A stretch of DNA of 62,890 nucleotides, filler included, from Octopus bimaculoides (lineage: Eukaryota), in NCBI RefSeq assembly GCF_001194135.2. It is 7 parts of 7 records of this genome, joined end to end, with 100 filler letters (N's around TTAATTAATTAA, not from the genome) between each part and the next. Parts side by side here need not be neighbours in the genome. Positions count along the whole stretch, not along the records: positions 21,532 to 28,895 come from NW_026358303.1; positions 28,996 to 36,931 come from NC_069006.1; positions 37,032 to 42,655 come from NC_068992.1; 4 more parts are not named here. The stretch is one strand, 5' to 3'. The position numbers and the translations under genes were made by a program. Numbering within the stretch: the stretch's first letter is position 1; each line of letters starts with the position of its first letter. Shown piece by piece: positions 26,947 to 38,284 of this stretch. The notes beneath the pieces are model-generated. The model was given only the letters and a program-made list of their open reading frames with translations, had not been told where the DNA came from and did no database searches.

Positions 26947-27347
26947 TCTTTTACTTGTTTCAGTCATGTGACTGCGGCCATGCTGGAGCACCGCCTTTAG
27001 TCGAGAAAATGGAGCCCAAGACTTATTCTTTGTAAGCCTAGTATTTATTCTATCGGTTTCTTTTTGCCAAACCGCTAAGTTACGGGACGTAAACATACCA
27101 ACATCGGTTGTCAAGCGATGGTGGGGGGACAAACACAGACACACAAACGCACATACATATATACATATATATATACATATATACGACGCGTTTCTTTCAG
27201 TTTCCGTCTACCAAATCCACTCACAAGGCTTTGGTCGGCCCGAGGTTATAGTAGAAGACACTTGCCTAAGGTGCCACGCAGTGGGACTGAACCCGGAACC
27301 ATGTGGTTGGTAAGCAAGCTACTTACCACACAGCCACTCCAGCGCCT
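26947..27347 (-). mobile_element. Family B SINE, full length
   Basis: Reverse strand runs from TAGGCGCTGGAGTGGCTGTGTGGTAAGTAGCTTGC to GACTGAAACAAGTAAAAGA. Confidence 0.9.
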
Positions 27348-27546
27348 ATAAGTTGAATTTTTTATATTATTATTTGCCACCACGTTTCTTCTTATTGTAT
27401 TCGTTTTCCCATTTTTCTTCTTACTGTGATACCTAATGTTATTATTACTATTCTTATTTTTTATTTCCAATATTTTCAATTGTTATGATTTGTGATTAAA
27501 GCCTGTTTACTCCATCTTATTTTCATAAAATTTTATATGTATTTAT

Positions 27547-28216
27547 ATTCAAATACGAGTTAGAAGCAGCTTGAGGTATCTTCACAAAATCCAAAACACA
27601 TACACAAAGTGTGTATGTAAACACATTCACAAAGTGTGTATGTTGTTTGTTCGTGGGTCGAGTGCGTTTTAGGCGTAAGGGAATATGTTCTCAATGTGCC
27701 TCGTGTTAAAAACACCTGAAAGTAAGTCATAGGCAAGCGAGACAACTCATATTAGGTCTCTTTTTCGGAGCGACAGTCATCTTTTTTTCACCATTGTTGT
27801 GACTTATCAATGCCGCGCACCACCTGGTATTTTTAACAATACATGCATTGACAACATATTCTTTTCGGCCTAAGACGTAGCCGACTTACGAACTAACAAC
27901 ACGCACCTTGTGTATGTTTGTTCGATTTCCTTTATAAACCTCGAGCTGCTTCTAACTCATATTTAAATTTTCTCCGTGGAATGAAACGTTGGAACATGCC
28001 AGCAGATGGCTTTTAAATCATTTAGCATATTGTCATAGTCGACGATATTGCTTGCAGCAGGCCTTGTTTGGTACGCAGTATTGAAAAGTCACATCAATGA
28101 CTTACTTTCAGGTGTTTTTAACACCAGGCTTACTGAAAACATATTCTCTTACGCCTAAAATGTAGCCGACCCGCGAACTAACAACATACATACCTTGTGT
28201 ATATATGTTAGATTTT
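27547..28216. repeat. Three diverged copies of an unclassified ~120-190-bp unit (one -, two +)
   Basis: The copies share ATGACTTACTTTCAGGTGTTTTTAAC..AACATATTC.CTTACGCCTAAAA and, in two copies, CTC.AGCTGCTTCTAACTC.TATTT.AAT. Confidence 0.8.
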
Positions 28217-28286
28217 GTTTTTTATCTATATAATACATATAAGATTAAATAAATGGATTTATACGCATGTGTTAAATAATTTCTTT

Positions 28287-28378
28287 TATTTCCGACATAT
28301 GTTTCGAAGATTACAATTGGTTCATTCCAAAGGAATGAATGATGTTGAGAAAGATGTAATCTTCTCATCAGGGAAATA
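28287..28378 (-). ncRNA. Minimal type I hammerhead ribozyme
   Basis: Minus strand reads TATTTCC-CTGATGA-GAAGATTACA-[39-nt insert containing hairpin TTCATTCC/GGAATGAA]-TGTAATCTTC-GAAA-C-ATAT-G-TC^GGAAATA. Stem I is a perfect 7 bp and stem II a perfect 10 bp. The CUGAUGA and GAAA core is intact, with a GUC cleavage triplet and a palindromic stem III loop. Confidence 0.85.
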
Positions 28379-29077
28379 CATAAAAATGAACTCAACCGTA
28401 AGACATTATTACCGAATGTGACAACTACATGTAGAGAAGAACGCTACATAGCTTATTTGAAAAAACCGTTGGCAAGTGCAACGTTAAGAGATAGTACGTT
28501 GGACGAGGAAGCAAGATAAAGAGGAAAAAAGAGAAAATTAGAATCTGGAGTGGGAAGTAAATAGAACAAATTTTTAAGCCAAGTTAATTTATTTATTTAC
28601 ATACTACAAGTTATTCAAGTTAATTATACCATTATATGTTATCTGAACACTTTCTATCTTTTGAATTCAAATTAGGACATCCAGCACTTCTATATAACAT
28701 GAACTTAAACATTACTTTCAATATAACATAACATCAACATTACTTTCAACAACGATCAATACGATGGGACTCCACAACTATATACATTTGAGTTCATTGC
28801 TCCTTACATTCATCTCCCTTCAAAAGAATATATAAATATTTTTTCCCAACATTATTACGTATAACATACTGCTCTACACAAAATAGAACCCTTTANNNNN
28901 NNNNNNNNNNNNNNNNNNNNNNNNNNNNNNNNNNNNNNNTTAATTAATTAANNNNNNNNNNNNNNNNNNNNNNNNNNNNNNNNNNNNNNNNNNNNGGTCA
29001 CTGCCTGGAATCGAACTCGGAAACTTGACAGCCCGCGCTCTTAACCCCAAGATTCCGAGCTCGATTCCAGGCAGTGA

Positions 29078-29146
<69 letters not shown>

Positions 29147-29149
29147 TAA

Positions 29150-29325
29150 CGTTTTCAAATTTTGGCACGAGGCCAGAAATTTTGATGAGACGAGGATCTG
29201 TAGATTACATGGATCCCTGTGCTCTACTGGTACTTAATTTATCGACCCGGAAAGGTAAAGTCGAGATTAGTTGCATTTGAACTCAGAACAGAAAGACGAA
29301 CGTAATGCCACAAATCATTTTGCCT

Positions 29326-29367
<42 letters not shown>

Positions 29368-29568
29368 TTGATGGTTTCAAATTTTGCCCACAAGGGCAGC
29401 CATTTTGGGGGAGAGAGAATAAATCGATTACATCGACCCCAGTGTTTCACAGGTACTTAATTTATCGACCCCGAAACGATGAAAGGCAAAATCGACCTCG
29501 GTGGAATTCGAGCGCAGAACGTAGCGACGGGCGAAATACCTTTAAGCATTTAGTCCAGAGCGCTAACG

Positions 29569-29570
<2 letters not shown>
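29150..29570 (-). mobile_element. Two family C SINE copies separated by (AGT)n
   Basis: Reverse-complement matches to the family C centre and head. Confidence 0.7.
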
Positions 29571-29646
<76 letters not shown>

Positions 29647-29883
29647 GAAGTCATAATAAGGCTTAAACTTTCGAGAGAACGAGAACCAATTGTTTTTTTC
29701 TTTTTTTGTCTTTGGAATATTGGGTCTCGAGGAACATTGCATAAAGCTATTGTGTAAATAGCATGTAAATATTAATCTTCGTTTTCATTTGTTTCTTTTC
29801 AACCCCATATTAACGTGTTTCTATCGATAGCTTTATGTAATATATCTCTAGAGCCAATACTCTAATAAAGAACTATTATTATG

Positions 29884-29939
<56 letters not shown>

Positions 29940-31014
29940 CATCATCATCATCATCATCATTGTTGTTGTTAGTTATTTGTTATTTGTAAATAACTGAATG
30001 ATAATAACAATACGAATAAGACCAGCAGCAGCAGCAATAGTAGTAGTAGTGATGATGTTGATGATGATGACGATGAGGAGGAGGAGGACGACGACGATAA
30101 TACGGATTTATTTTAATTAATTGACCAAGAGAACCGAAGTCGTTTAGGGACCTTTCAAAGGCGAGAGAGCAAATAAAACACACAAGCAATATCTAGGAAG
30201 TGAATGGATATCGAGTTTCAATGGTGAGATAAACCAAACAAACAAAAAAAATGACACCTAAATAAATAGTAATAAACTGCAACGTACAAGTAGTCTACCA
30301 CGTAATGCATAATAAATCACACATCATTTTTCACGACAAAAGGAATTATAATAGCATATTGATTATCATCATCTAAATCCCTGAAGAATTTTGAATTGAA
30401 GTGAGTTGAAAAGCTAATGCATTATACTCAGTCTGGGTATTAAATTATAAGCAGTTAAGAAATATGTGCATCCCTCCCATTTATAATTGGTGTCAATGGA
30501 GTGATATATAAATACTTCATTCGACGCATTCACGTATAACCTATAGAGATAAACTTAGGTACATTCTCGCAAACGGAAACATAGTTTTCCCTCGGGTTAC
30601 ATAGTACAAGGTTTGCACGGTTTCACTTTAGCATGATTCGAGTTTTGATCTTGTTTTTCATTTTTGTTTTTACTTCGTATAGGTACTGGGCATGGTTGAG
30701 TGGATAAGAAACTCGCTTTGAAACCATGTATTTCACGTCCAGTACCACAGCGTGATACCTTTAATCTTTGCTTCTTTCAGTTATTAGACTGAGATTATGC
30801 CGGGGCACCTCCTTGAAGAATTTTTTACTCGAATGAATCGACCCCAGTATTTAATTTTTTAAGCCTAGTACTATTCTATCGAACTCTTTTGCCGAACCAC
30901 CAAGTTATATATGTAAATAATTTATATTATATTTGATAATAAATGAATTACTTACATATATGCATAAATGCAAAATGCAGAATATCTTTTGAAATAATTT
31001 AAGCTACGTACTAA

Positions 31015-31074
<60 letters not shown>

Positions 31075-31575
31075 TATAATGGAGAAATTATACAAAATGT
31101 ATAAATAGATGATGAGTAAAAAACCGGCACAGTTTCCATTACCTGTTGTTATCCGTAGATTTATTGCAGGAACTTCGTAGTGGCGGTTGGGGTAACAGTA
31201 TATTTAGTGTTTAGGAGATTACTTGATACAGTTATAATATTTAGAGAAAGAGAATGCTCAAAAATAGAAGTACCAACAGTACACTGTATTTATCAACTCA
31301 TTAATGAACCACTAATATAAATTAATTAATCAATTAGTTAACAATTAACCACTCTGCACATCCATGGATTCTATAACAACAATTTGTGGTACATTTAACG
31401 CAGAGTAAATAATAAGAAATGAATAAGAAATGAAGACGGTATTTCGTTACGGATCGATAATTGTTATGGTTATTTATAGTTTACAATACGTGACCATTTT
31501 CATGAAAACGATCGTCACGTAACAAATATCGGTTTCATTCTATATTCATTTATCATAATATATAGAGAGATTAAT

Positions 31576-31760
31576 GTGGCGAGCTGGCAGAATCATTAGC
31601 ACGCTGGACACGTTCTAAGTTCAAATTCCGGTGAGGTCAACTTTGCCTTTCATCTTTTCAGGGTCGATAGAATAAGTACCAGTTGAGCATTGGGGTTGGT
31701 GTAATTGACTTACTCCCTCCCCCACACTAAAATTGCTGGCCTTGTGCCAAAATTTGAAAC
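31576..31760 (+). mobile_element. Family C tRNA-derived SINE with Meta-domain-like centre
   Basis: GGCGAGCTGGCAGAATC (A box), GTTCAAATTCC (B box) and CTTTGCCTTTCATC..GGGTCGATA..AAGTACCAG. Confidence 0.8.
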
Positions 31761-31771
31761 TATTTTATGTA

Positions 31772-32515
31772 CAGGGTGTTCGGCTTAAATTTGACGATTT
31801 TTTTTAGTCTCGTTTTTTTTTCAGGAACACCTTGATGTATTGGTGAAGAGTCAACGGCGTTGGAGAGCATAAAGTTTAAAGTTATAGTTCATAAAAAATA
31901 TTAGTTGACATAGAGGCCCGAAAGCCATCCGAATATTGGTTTCAAATTTTGGCACAAGGCCAGCAATTTCGGGAGAGGAGTTAAGTTGATGAAATCGACC
32001 CTAGTGTTCGACTGGTATTTACTTTATCGACTTTTAAAAGGATGAAAAGTAAAGTCAGCCCCGTCGGAATTTGAACTCAGAGCATAAAAAGGGACGAAAT
32101 GCCATTAATCATTTTGCCCAACGTGCTAACGATTCTGCCAGCTCACCGCCTTAAGCCATCCGAACAATGGCAAAGAGTTCGCTGTGTCATGATCATTGGC
32201 ACCGAGTATCAAAATATTGATATCATAACTACTGCTCAATGCTCTGTGGACACTGTAAGGACAGTACAATGCGACGTGGACATGATAAAAACCATGTCCC
32301 CCACAAAATTGTGATGATCTTTGGTTGTGTCTCCACCGAGATGGACGTTAAGCCATCCGACATCTTTGAGCAGGGCCTTAGGCTCAATTCAGAATCTGAT
32401 TGGAGATTGCGGTCAATCCCTGGCTGGAGAGCGCTGCTGCTGGAATACGATATGAGTCGTTGCGGGATTAGGATTCGTGCCATGTCTCCGGAAAGAGTCA
32501 GACATCTGACGCGTG
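31772..32515 (+). mobile_element. maT/DD37D-like Tc1/mariner relic, internally deleted and interrupted by a SINE
   Basis: TA|CAGGGTG terminus at 31770-31778. N-terminal KPSEQWQRVRCVMII..IITTAQCSVDTVRTV is fused to VMIFGCVSTEMDVKPSDIFEQGLRLNS and PWLESAAAG..DSCHVSGKSQ. Confidence 0.75.
31934..32152 (-). mobile_element. Family C SINE inserted in the maT relic with a 12-bp target-site duplication
   Basis: AAGCCATCCGAA at 31922-31933 and 32153-32164 flanks the insert. Confidence 0.85.
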
Positions 32516-32697
32516 GTACACCTGGGTGCACCTGTTCAGGCAACGTCAATTTGATGGAGGAGGGAATGAGCTAAAGCACAGCTCATACATTTGATCACTT
32601 TAGACAAATGATTTGTGCAGATTGTGCAGGTCGTTCGGCAAAAACTGCACGCTCATACATCGTCTTCAACAGAAGATTCCAGCCTATATAGAGAGAG

Positions 32698-32950
32698 ACC
32701 CCCTTCGGTCATGACTGACCATGGGATTGCACCTAGGAGGTTACCCTCCCAGGCACAAGACCGGGCAAAATTGTTTATGGAAGACCAGCAGGCGCCCATG
32801 CATACCGGCCTCCCCTCTCCACGCCACCAGTGTTATCCAAGGGAAAGGCAAAGGGGCCGATACAGCTTGGCACCAGTGACGTCGCAACTCATTTCTACAG
32901 CTGAGTGAACTGGAGCAACGTGAAATAAAGTCTCTTGCTCAAGAACACAA
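32698..32950 (-). mobile_element. Family A1 SINE truncated by an assembly gap
   Basis: High identity to 1189-1440. Confidence 0.85.
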
Positions 32951-33386
32951 NNNNNNNNNNNNNNNNNNNNNNNNNNNNNNNNNNNNNNNNNNNNNNNNNN
33001 NNNNNNNNNNNNNNNNNNNNNNNNNNNNNNNNNNNNNNNNNNNNNNNNNNNNNNNNNNNNNNNNNNNNNNNNNNNNNNNNNNNNNNNNNNNNNNNNNNNN
33101 NNNNNNNNNNNNNNNNNNNNNNNNNNNNNNNNNNNNNNNNNNNNNNNNNNNNNNNNNNNNNNNNNNNNNNNNNNNNNNNNNNNNNNTGTGTGTGTGTGTG
33201 TGTGTGTATAAAGGAATATAAAAATACAAACTGACAAAATTTAGCCCAAACACCCTCTACATACACATAATTTCGGTCCTTTTACGATAGTCTATCGTTT
33301 TATTGTCAATTTCTTGTGTTATTTCGTTACATATATTTTCCCGTTCTATTTATACTAAATGTATTTCTTAATTGTTGTCGTTACAG

Positions 33387-33554
33387 ACTTCTGTGGTTGT
33401 TGTTAGTGCTACTCTGCTTGGGCTTAATGTCTTACCAAATCATTGACCGTATAATCTACTACTACAGCTGGCCGGTCACTGTGAACGTCGACATCAACTA
33501 CAACAAGACATTAATCTTCCCCTCTGTAACAATATGTAATCAAAATGCTTTCCG
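33387..33554 (+). CDS. Internal coding exon of a DEG/ENaC/ASIC-family (amiloride-sensitive) ion channel: TM1 and the post-TM1 FPxVTxCN signature
   Basis: Translation (R)LLWLLLVLLCLGLMSYQIIDRIIYYYSWPVTVNVDINYNKTLIFPSVTICNQNAF(R) shows hydrophobic TM1, the YYSW-P motif and the family hallmark FPSVTICN. Acceptor is gtcgttacag|A and donor is CG|gtaagt; 168 bp, phase 2 at both ends. Subfamily cannot be assigned from one exon. Confidence 0.93.
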
Positions 33555-33730
33555 GTAAGTTTCTACCCCCCTCTCTCTCTCCCTCTCCCTCTCTCTTTCT
33601 CTTACACACACACACACACAAACACACCAACACACACACACACACACACATCTACATACACAAACATTCTTTTTTTTTTAGAATTATTAAGCGATGAAAT
33701 GGCAGAATCGTTACGGCGCCGGGCAAAATG

Positions 33731-34185
33731 CTTCGTTACTCACCACCCCTAAAACCATTACAGTGGTTGGCCACTTTGTGCGCATCATCCTGTTGACATC
33801 AGAGGATATGCACACAACCATCGGTTATTTCTCTTGTTCAACTTTCGGTGCTGGTCAAAATTTTTCTCGTTAGTGAAGAACCAAAGCCGGCCACGTTCGA
33901 GGGTTTTAACCTTGTTAAGTAACCACTTGGTACGAATCAGTTTTCCTGTTTTGCAGTCATGAATTGGCCTCTACACAGTACACACTACTTGTATCGAATG
34001 TCTTCGTGCACCCCAATTTTGACAGTCCAATCCGACACCTGAAGTTCTTCGTTGATGGCTCTTATTGATTTTCCGGGATCATCATTACCGACAATGCTTT
34101 CTATCCGTTGGATCAGTTATGATGTCCTTATAGTGTCAGAACGTTCAGAATGTTTCTTATCTCTTTGATTCAATTGAAACATTGC
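33731..34185 (-). mobile_element. maT/DD37D-like transposase relic
   Basis: Reverse strand reads KKHSERSDTIRTS, DDPGKSIRAINEELQVSDWTVKIGVHEDIRYK*CVLCRGQFMT, WFFTNEKNFDQHRKLNKRNNRWLC and MRTKWPTTVMVLGVVSNE. Confidence 0.88.
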
Positions 34186-34649
34186 CACAAGAGACTCCCA
34201 AAATATTGCAACCAGAGACTCCCAAAATATTGCCAGCAGAGGCTCCCGAAATATTGCCACCAGAGACTCCCAAAATATTGCCACTAGAGGCTCCCGAAAT
34301 ATTGCAACCAAAGACTCCCAAAATATTGCCAGCAGAGGCTCCCAAAATATTGCCACCAGAGACTCCCAAAATATTACCACTAGAGGCTCCCGAAATATTG
34401 CCACCAGAGGCTCCCGAAATATTGCCACTAGAGGCTCCCAAAATATTGCCACCAGAGGCTCCCAAAATATTGCCACAAGAGGCTCCCGAAATATTGCCAA
34501 CAGAGACTCCCAAAATATTGCCACTAGAGGCTCCCAAAATATTGCCACCAGAGGCTCCCGAAATATTACCACCAGAGGCTCCCGAAATATTGCCACTAGA
34601 GGCTCCCAAAATATTGCAACCAGAGACTCCCAAAATATTGTCACTAGAG
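34182..34649. repeat. 24-bp minisatellite, about 19 visible copies, running into a gap
   Basis: Unit CCACCAGAGGCTCCCAAAATATTG with variant positions. Confidence 0.95.
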
Positions 34650-35798
34650 NNNNNNNNNNNNNNNNNNNNNNNNNNNNNNNNNNNNNNNNNNNNNNNNNNN
34701 NNNNNNNNNNNNNNNNNNNNNNNNNNNNNNNNNNNNNNNNNNNNNNNNNNNNNNNNNNNNNNNNNNNNNNNNNNNNNNNNNNNNNNNNNNNNNNNNNNNN
34801 NNNNNNNNNNNNNNNNNNNNNNNNNNNNNNNNNNNNNNNNNNNNNNNNNNNNNNNNNNNNNNNNNNNNNNNNNNNNNNNNNNNNNNNNNNNNNNNNNNNN
34901 NNNNNNNNNNNNNNNNNNNNNNNNNNNNNNNNNNNNNNNNNNNNNNNNNNNNNNNNNNNNNNNNNNNNNNNNNNNNNNNNNNNNNNNNNNNNNNNNNNNN
35001 NNNNNNNNNNNNNNNNNNNNNNNNNNNNNNNNNNNNNNNNNNNNNNNNNNNNNNNNNNNNNNNNNNNNNNNNNNNNNNNNNNNNNNNNNNNNNNNNNNNN
35101 NNNNNNNNNNNNNNNNNNNNNNNNNNNNNNNNNNNNNNNNNNNNNNNNNNNNNNNNNNNNNNNNNNNNNNNNNNNNNNNNNNNNNNNNNNNNNNNNNNNN
35201 NNNNNNNNNNNNNNNNNNNNNNNNNNNNNNNNNNNNNNNNNNNNNNNNNNNNNNNNNNNNNNNNNNNNACACACACACACACACACAGAGTTACCGATAG
35301 AATAAGTACTAGGTTTACAAAGAATGAGTCCTGGTGTCGAATTGTTCAACTAAAGGCGGTGCTCCAGCATGGCCGCAGTCAAATGACTGAAACAAGTAAA
35401 AGAATGAACGAATAAAAGAATAAAAGAACTTATAGTGTGTAGTAAGAGGTTTCCTTCCTAACAACATTGTTTCGGGTTCAGACCCGTTGTGTGACATCCT
35501 GGGCAACTGTTCTCCATTATAACCTTGGGTCGACCTTATGAGCGGATTTGGTAAACGGAAACTGAAAGAAGCCTGTCATATATACATACATGTGTGTGTG
35601 TGTGTGTGTGTCTGCTTGTCTGTCTCTGCATTTGTATTAACTTTGCCACCACTACTAGCCAACCGCTATTTCTTTATTTAGGTACCTGTAACCTGGCGCT
35701 TCAGCAAAGAAAGGCCGATATAATAAGCTACTGGGATCAATTCGTTCGACTAAAACCCTTAAAGGTGATGCTCCAGCATACACACACATATCCATCCA

Positions 35799-35834
<36 letters not shown>

Positions 35835-36070
35835 AACACGTGCGTTTGCATGTGTGTGTGTATTCATAGCGACAAGAAAATAATACGTCCTGGATCTAAT
35901 AGCTTTCATCTTTAAGATAAACCATTAGCAACCAATTGGTAATATTTAAATGATGAAATTATTACATGGAAGTCTTCAGTTATTTTTTAATTCGGAAAAT
36001 TACCCGATTCGAAGGAGATCCAATTTCATGAAGTATATCCGTTGATTTCAATTTTAATATACATATCTAT

Positions 36071-36480
36071 GAAGGTGGCGAGCTGGCAGAAACGTTAGCA
36101 CGCCGGGCAAAATGCTTAGCAGTATTTCGTCGGCTGCCGAGATCGACTTTGCCTTTCATCCTTTCGGGGTTGATAAATTAAGTACCAGTTACGCACTGGT
36201 GTCGATGTAATCGACTTAATCCCTTTGTCTGTCCTTGTTTGTCACCTCTGTGTGTAGCCCCTTGTGGGCAATAAAGGAATAAGAAACGTTAGCTCGCTGG
36301 GTGAAATACTTATCGGTATTTCGTCTGTCTTTACGTTCTGAGTTCAAATTCCACCGAGGCCGATTTTGCTTTTCGTCCTTTCGGGGTCGAAAAATTAAGT
36401 ACCAGTTACACACTGGGGTCGATCTAAACGACTGGCCCACTCCAGAAAAATTTCAGACCTTGTGCCTAGAGTAGAAAAGT
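36071..36480 (+). mobile_element. Tandem family C SINE copies
   Basis: Two GCCTTT/GCTTTT..CCTTTCGGGGT..AAGTACCAGTTAC blocks. Confidence 0.8.
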
Positions 36481-36567
36481 ATATACATATATATGTACAT
36501 ATATAATAAAATTCAAAAGAAAATTTATATATAATACACATGTGCGCGCGCGAGCGTGTGTGTGTGT

Positions 36568-36807
36568 GGAGGCACGTGGCTTAGTGTGTTGGACTCATGA
36601 TCGTAAGATTGTGATTTCGATTCCTGGACAGGGCGACACGTTTTGTTCTTGAGCAGAACACTACACTAATCGTTACTTCAGTCCATTCAGATGGCAAAAA
36701 TGAGTAACCTTGCGACGGACCGGCGTCTCGTCCAGGTGGAGAATTTCTACGCCGTGGAAACCGGGAAACCGGCCTTCACGAGCCTGGCATGGATCGAGAA
36801 GGAAACA
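36568..36807 (+). mobile_element. Family A2 SINE
   Basis: Head GGAGGCACGTGGCTTAG..TTTCGATTCC, TTGTTCTTGAGCAG block and tail matching 45-287. Confidence 0.75.
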
Positions 36808-36846
36808 TTTTTTTATTTCATATGTATATATACACATATATCTATG

Positions 36847-36888
<42 letters not shown>

Positions 36889-37031
36889 CGCATACATACA
36901 TGTATCTATCTATCTCTCTCTCTCTCTCTCTNNNNNNNNNNNNNNNNNNNNNNNNNNNNNNNNNNNNNNNNNNNNTTAATTAATTAANNNNNNNNNNNNN
37001 NNNNNNNNNNNNNNNNNNNNNNNNNNNNNNN

Positions 37032-37066
<35 letters not shown>

Positions 37067-38253
37067 GTTAGGGAATTCCGAAATGCAAACTTTCAAGAAA
37101 ATACAACTTAATAATATCAAATTGAGTTGTATAATGAAAAACATTTTAATAATTTAGCGAAGAACCACCATTGTGCAACTCACACGATGAAGGAGATCAG
37201 ACACCATCAAGAAAAGCGTATTATACAAAATACTAGCTTAAGACTCTAAACAATCCAAGAGAAAATTTGTAATGCATAAAATCTAATAAATTTTGGACTA
37301 AAAATTTAAATCAGTTTAGTAAGTTTAAAAACGAAAATGGATGAAAGACTACGCGCGTTTCATGGCCACATAAAAGTGAATAATATCTGGTCAATCTACA
37401 ATGAATCGATCAAGATAAATACCATTCATAATGAGGACACTCTTTAGGTCAAGTAACTTCAAAAAACGTATCCTAATATTTAAAATGCGAATAAAATAAG
37501 AAAAGTATAAAAATCTGTACGTTTAAGCAAAATTTAGTGCAAAGAAAAGTCTCAAGGTTTTATAATAATACAAATTAAAATAACGATAAATATCTGTAAA
37601 GTATTGTGTCTATTCAATAATGTGTGTGCGTGTATTTATGTTTGCATGTATATATGCAGGGCCTACAAAAACATGTATGTATGTATGTATGTATGCATGT
37701 ATGCAAGCAGGTATGTATATTTGCAAGTATGAATTTATATGAAAACTATTAAATAATACCAATTGATTGTTGATTCAGCCGGTACATCGTTCCGAAGTCC
37801 GAAAACCCAAGAGAGAACACCCTATGAAGTTTTGATGAAGAGAGGGGATGCTCTCTACAATAAATTGCACTTGTTTATATCAGCTGTCCGTCGTCAAACA
37901 TTCTTCAATAAAAATTTACCTGTTTATGTATTTTAATTGTTCTGACATTAAAACAGATTCAATACTATTTTGGATTTGAAGGAAGGCGGAATCTACATTA
38001 CTGTTTATATATAACTTTGTGCATGTGTCTTAGTGCCCGCGTGTGTGTTTGCGTGTGTATGCATGTACATATATGTAATCATAAATATATATATATATAT
38101 ATATATATANNNNNNNNNNNNNNNNNNNNNNNNNNNNNNNNNNNNNNNNNNNNNNNNNNNNNNNNNNNNNNNNNNNNNNNNNNNNNNNNNNNNNNNNNNN
38201 NNNNNNNNNNNNNNNNNNNNNNNNNNNNNNNNNATATATATATGGAAATATAC

Positions 38254-38284
<31 letters not shown>

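Noticed and set aside
30615-30640. LHG-coding sequence as the upstream HG-motif exon of the channel (also HIHG near 31360)
   Set aside because: An in-frame stop follows within a few codons and there is no phase-2 donor.
34182-35300. 372-aa PEAPKIL-repeat ORF resembling a mucin or structural protein
   Set aside because: It is a translation of a 24-bp minisatellite, open in several frames on both strands and extended by Ns, and derived from a transposase.
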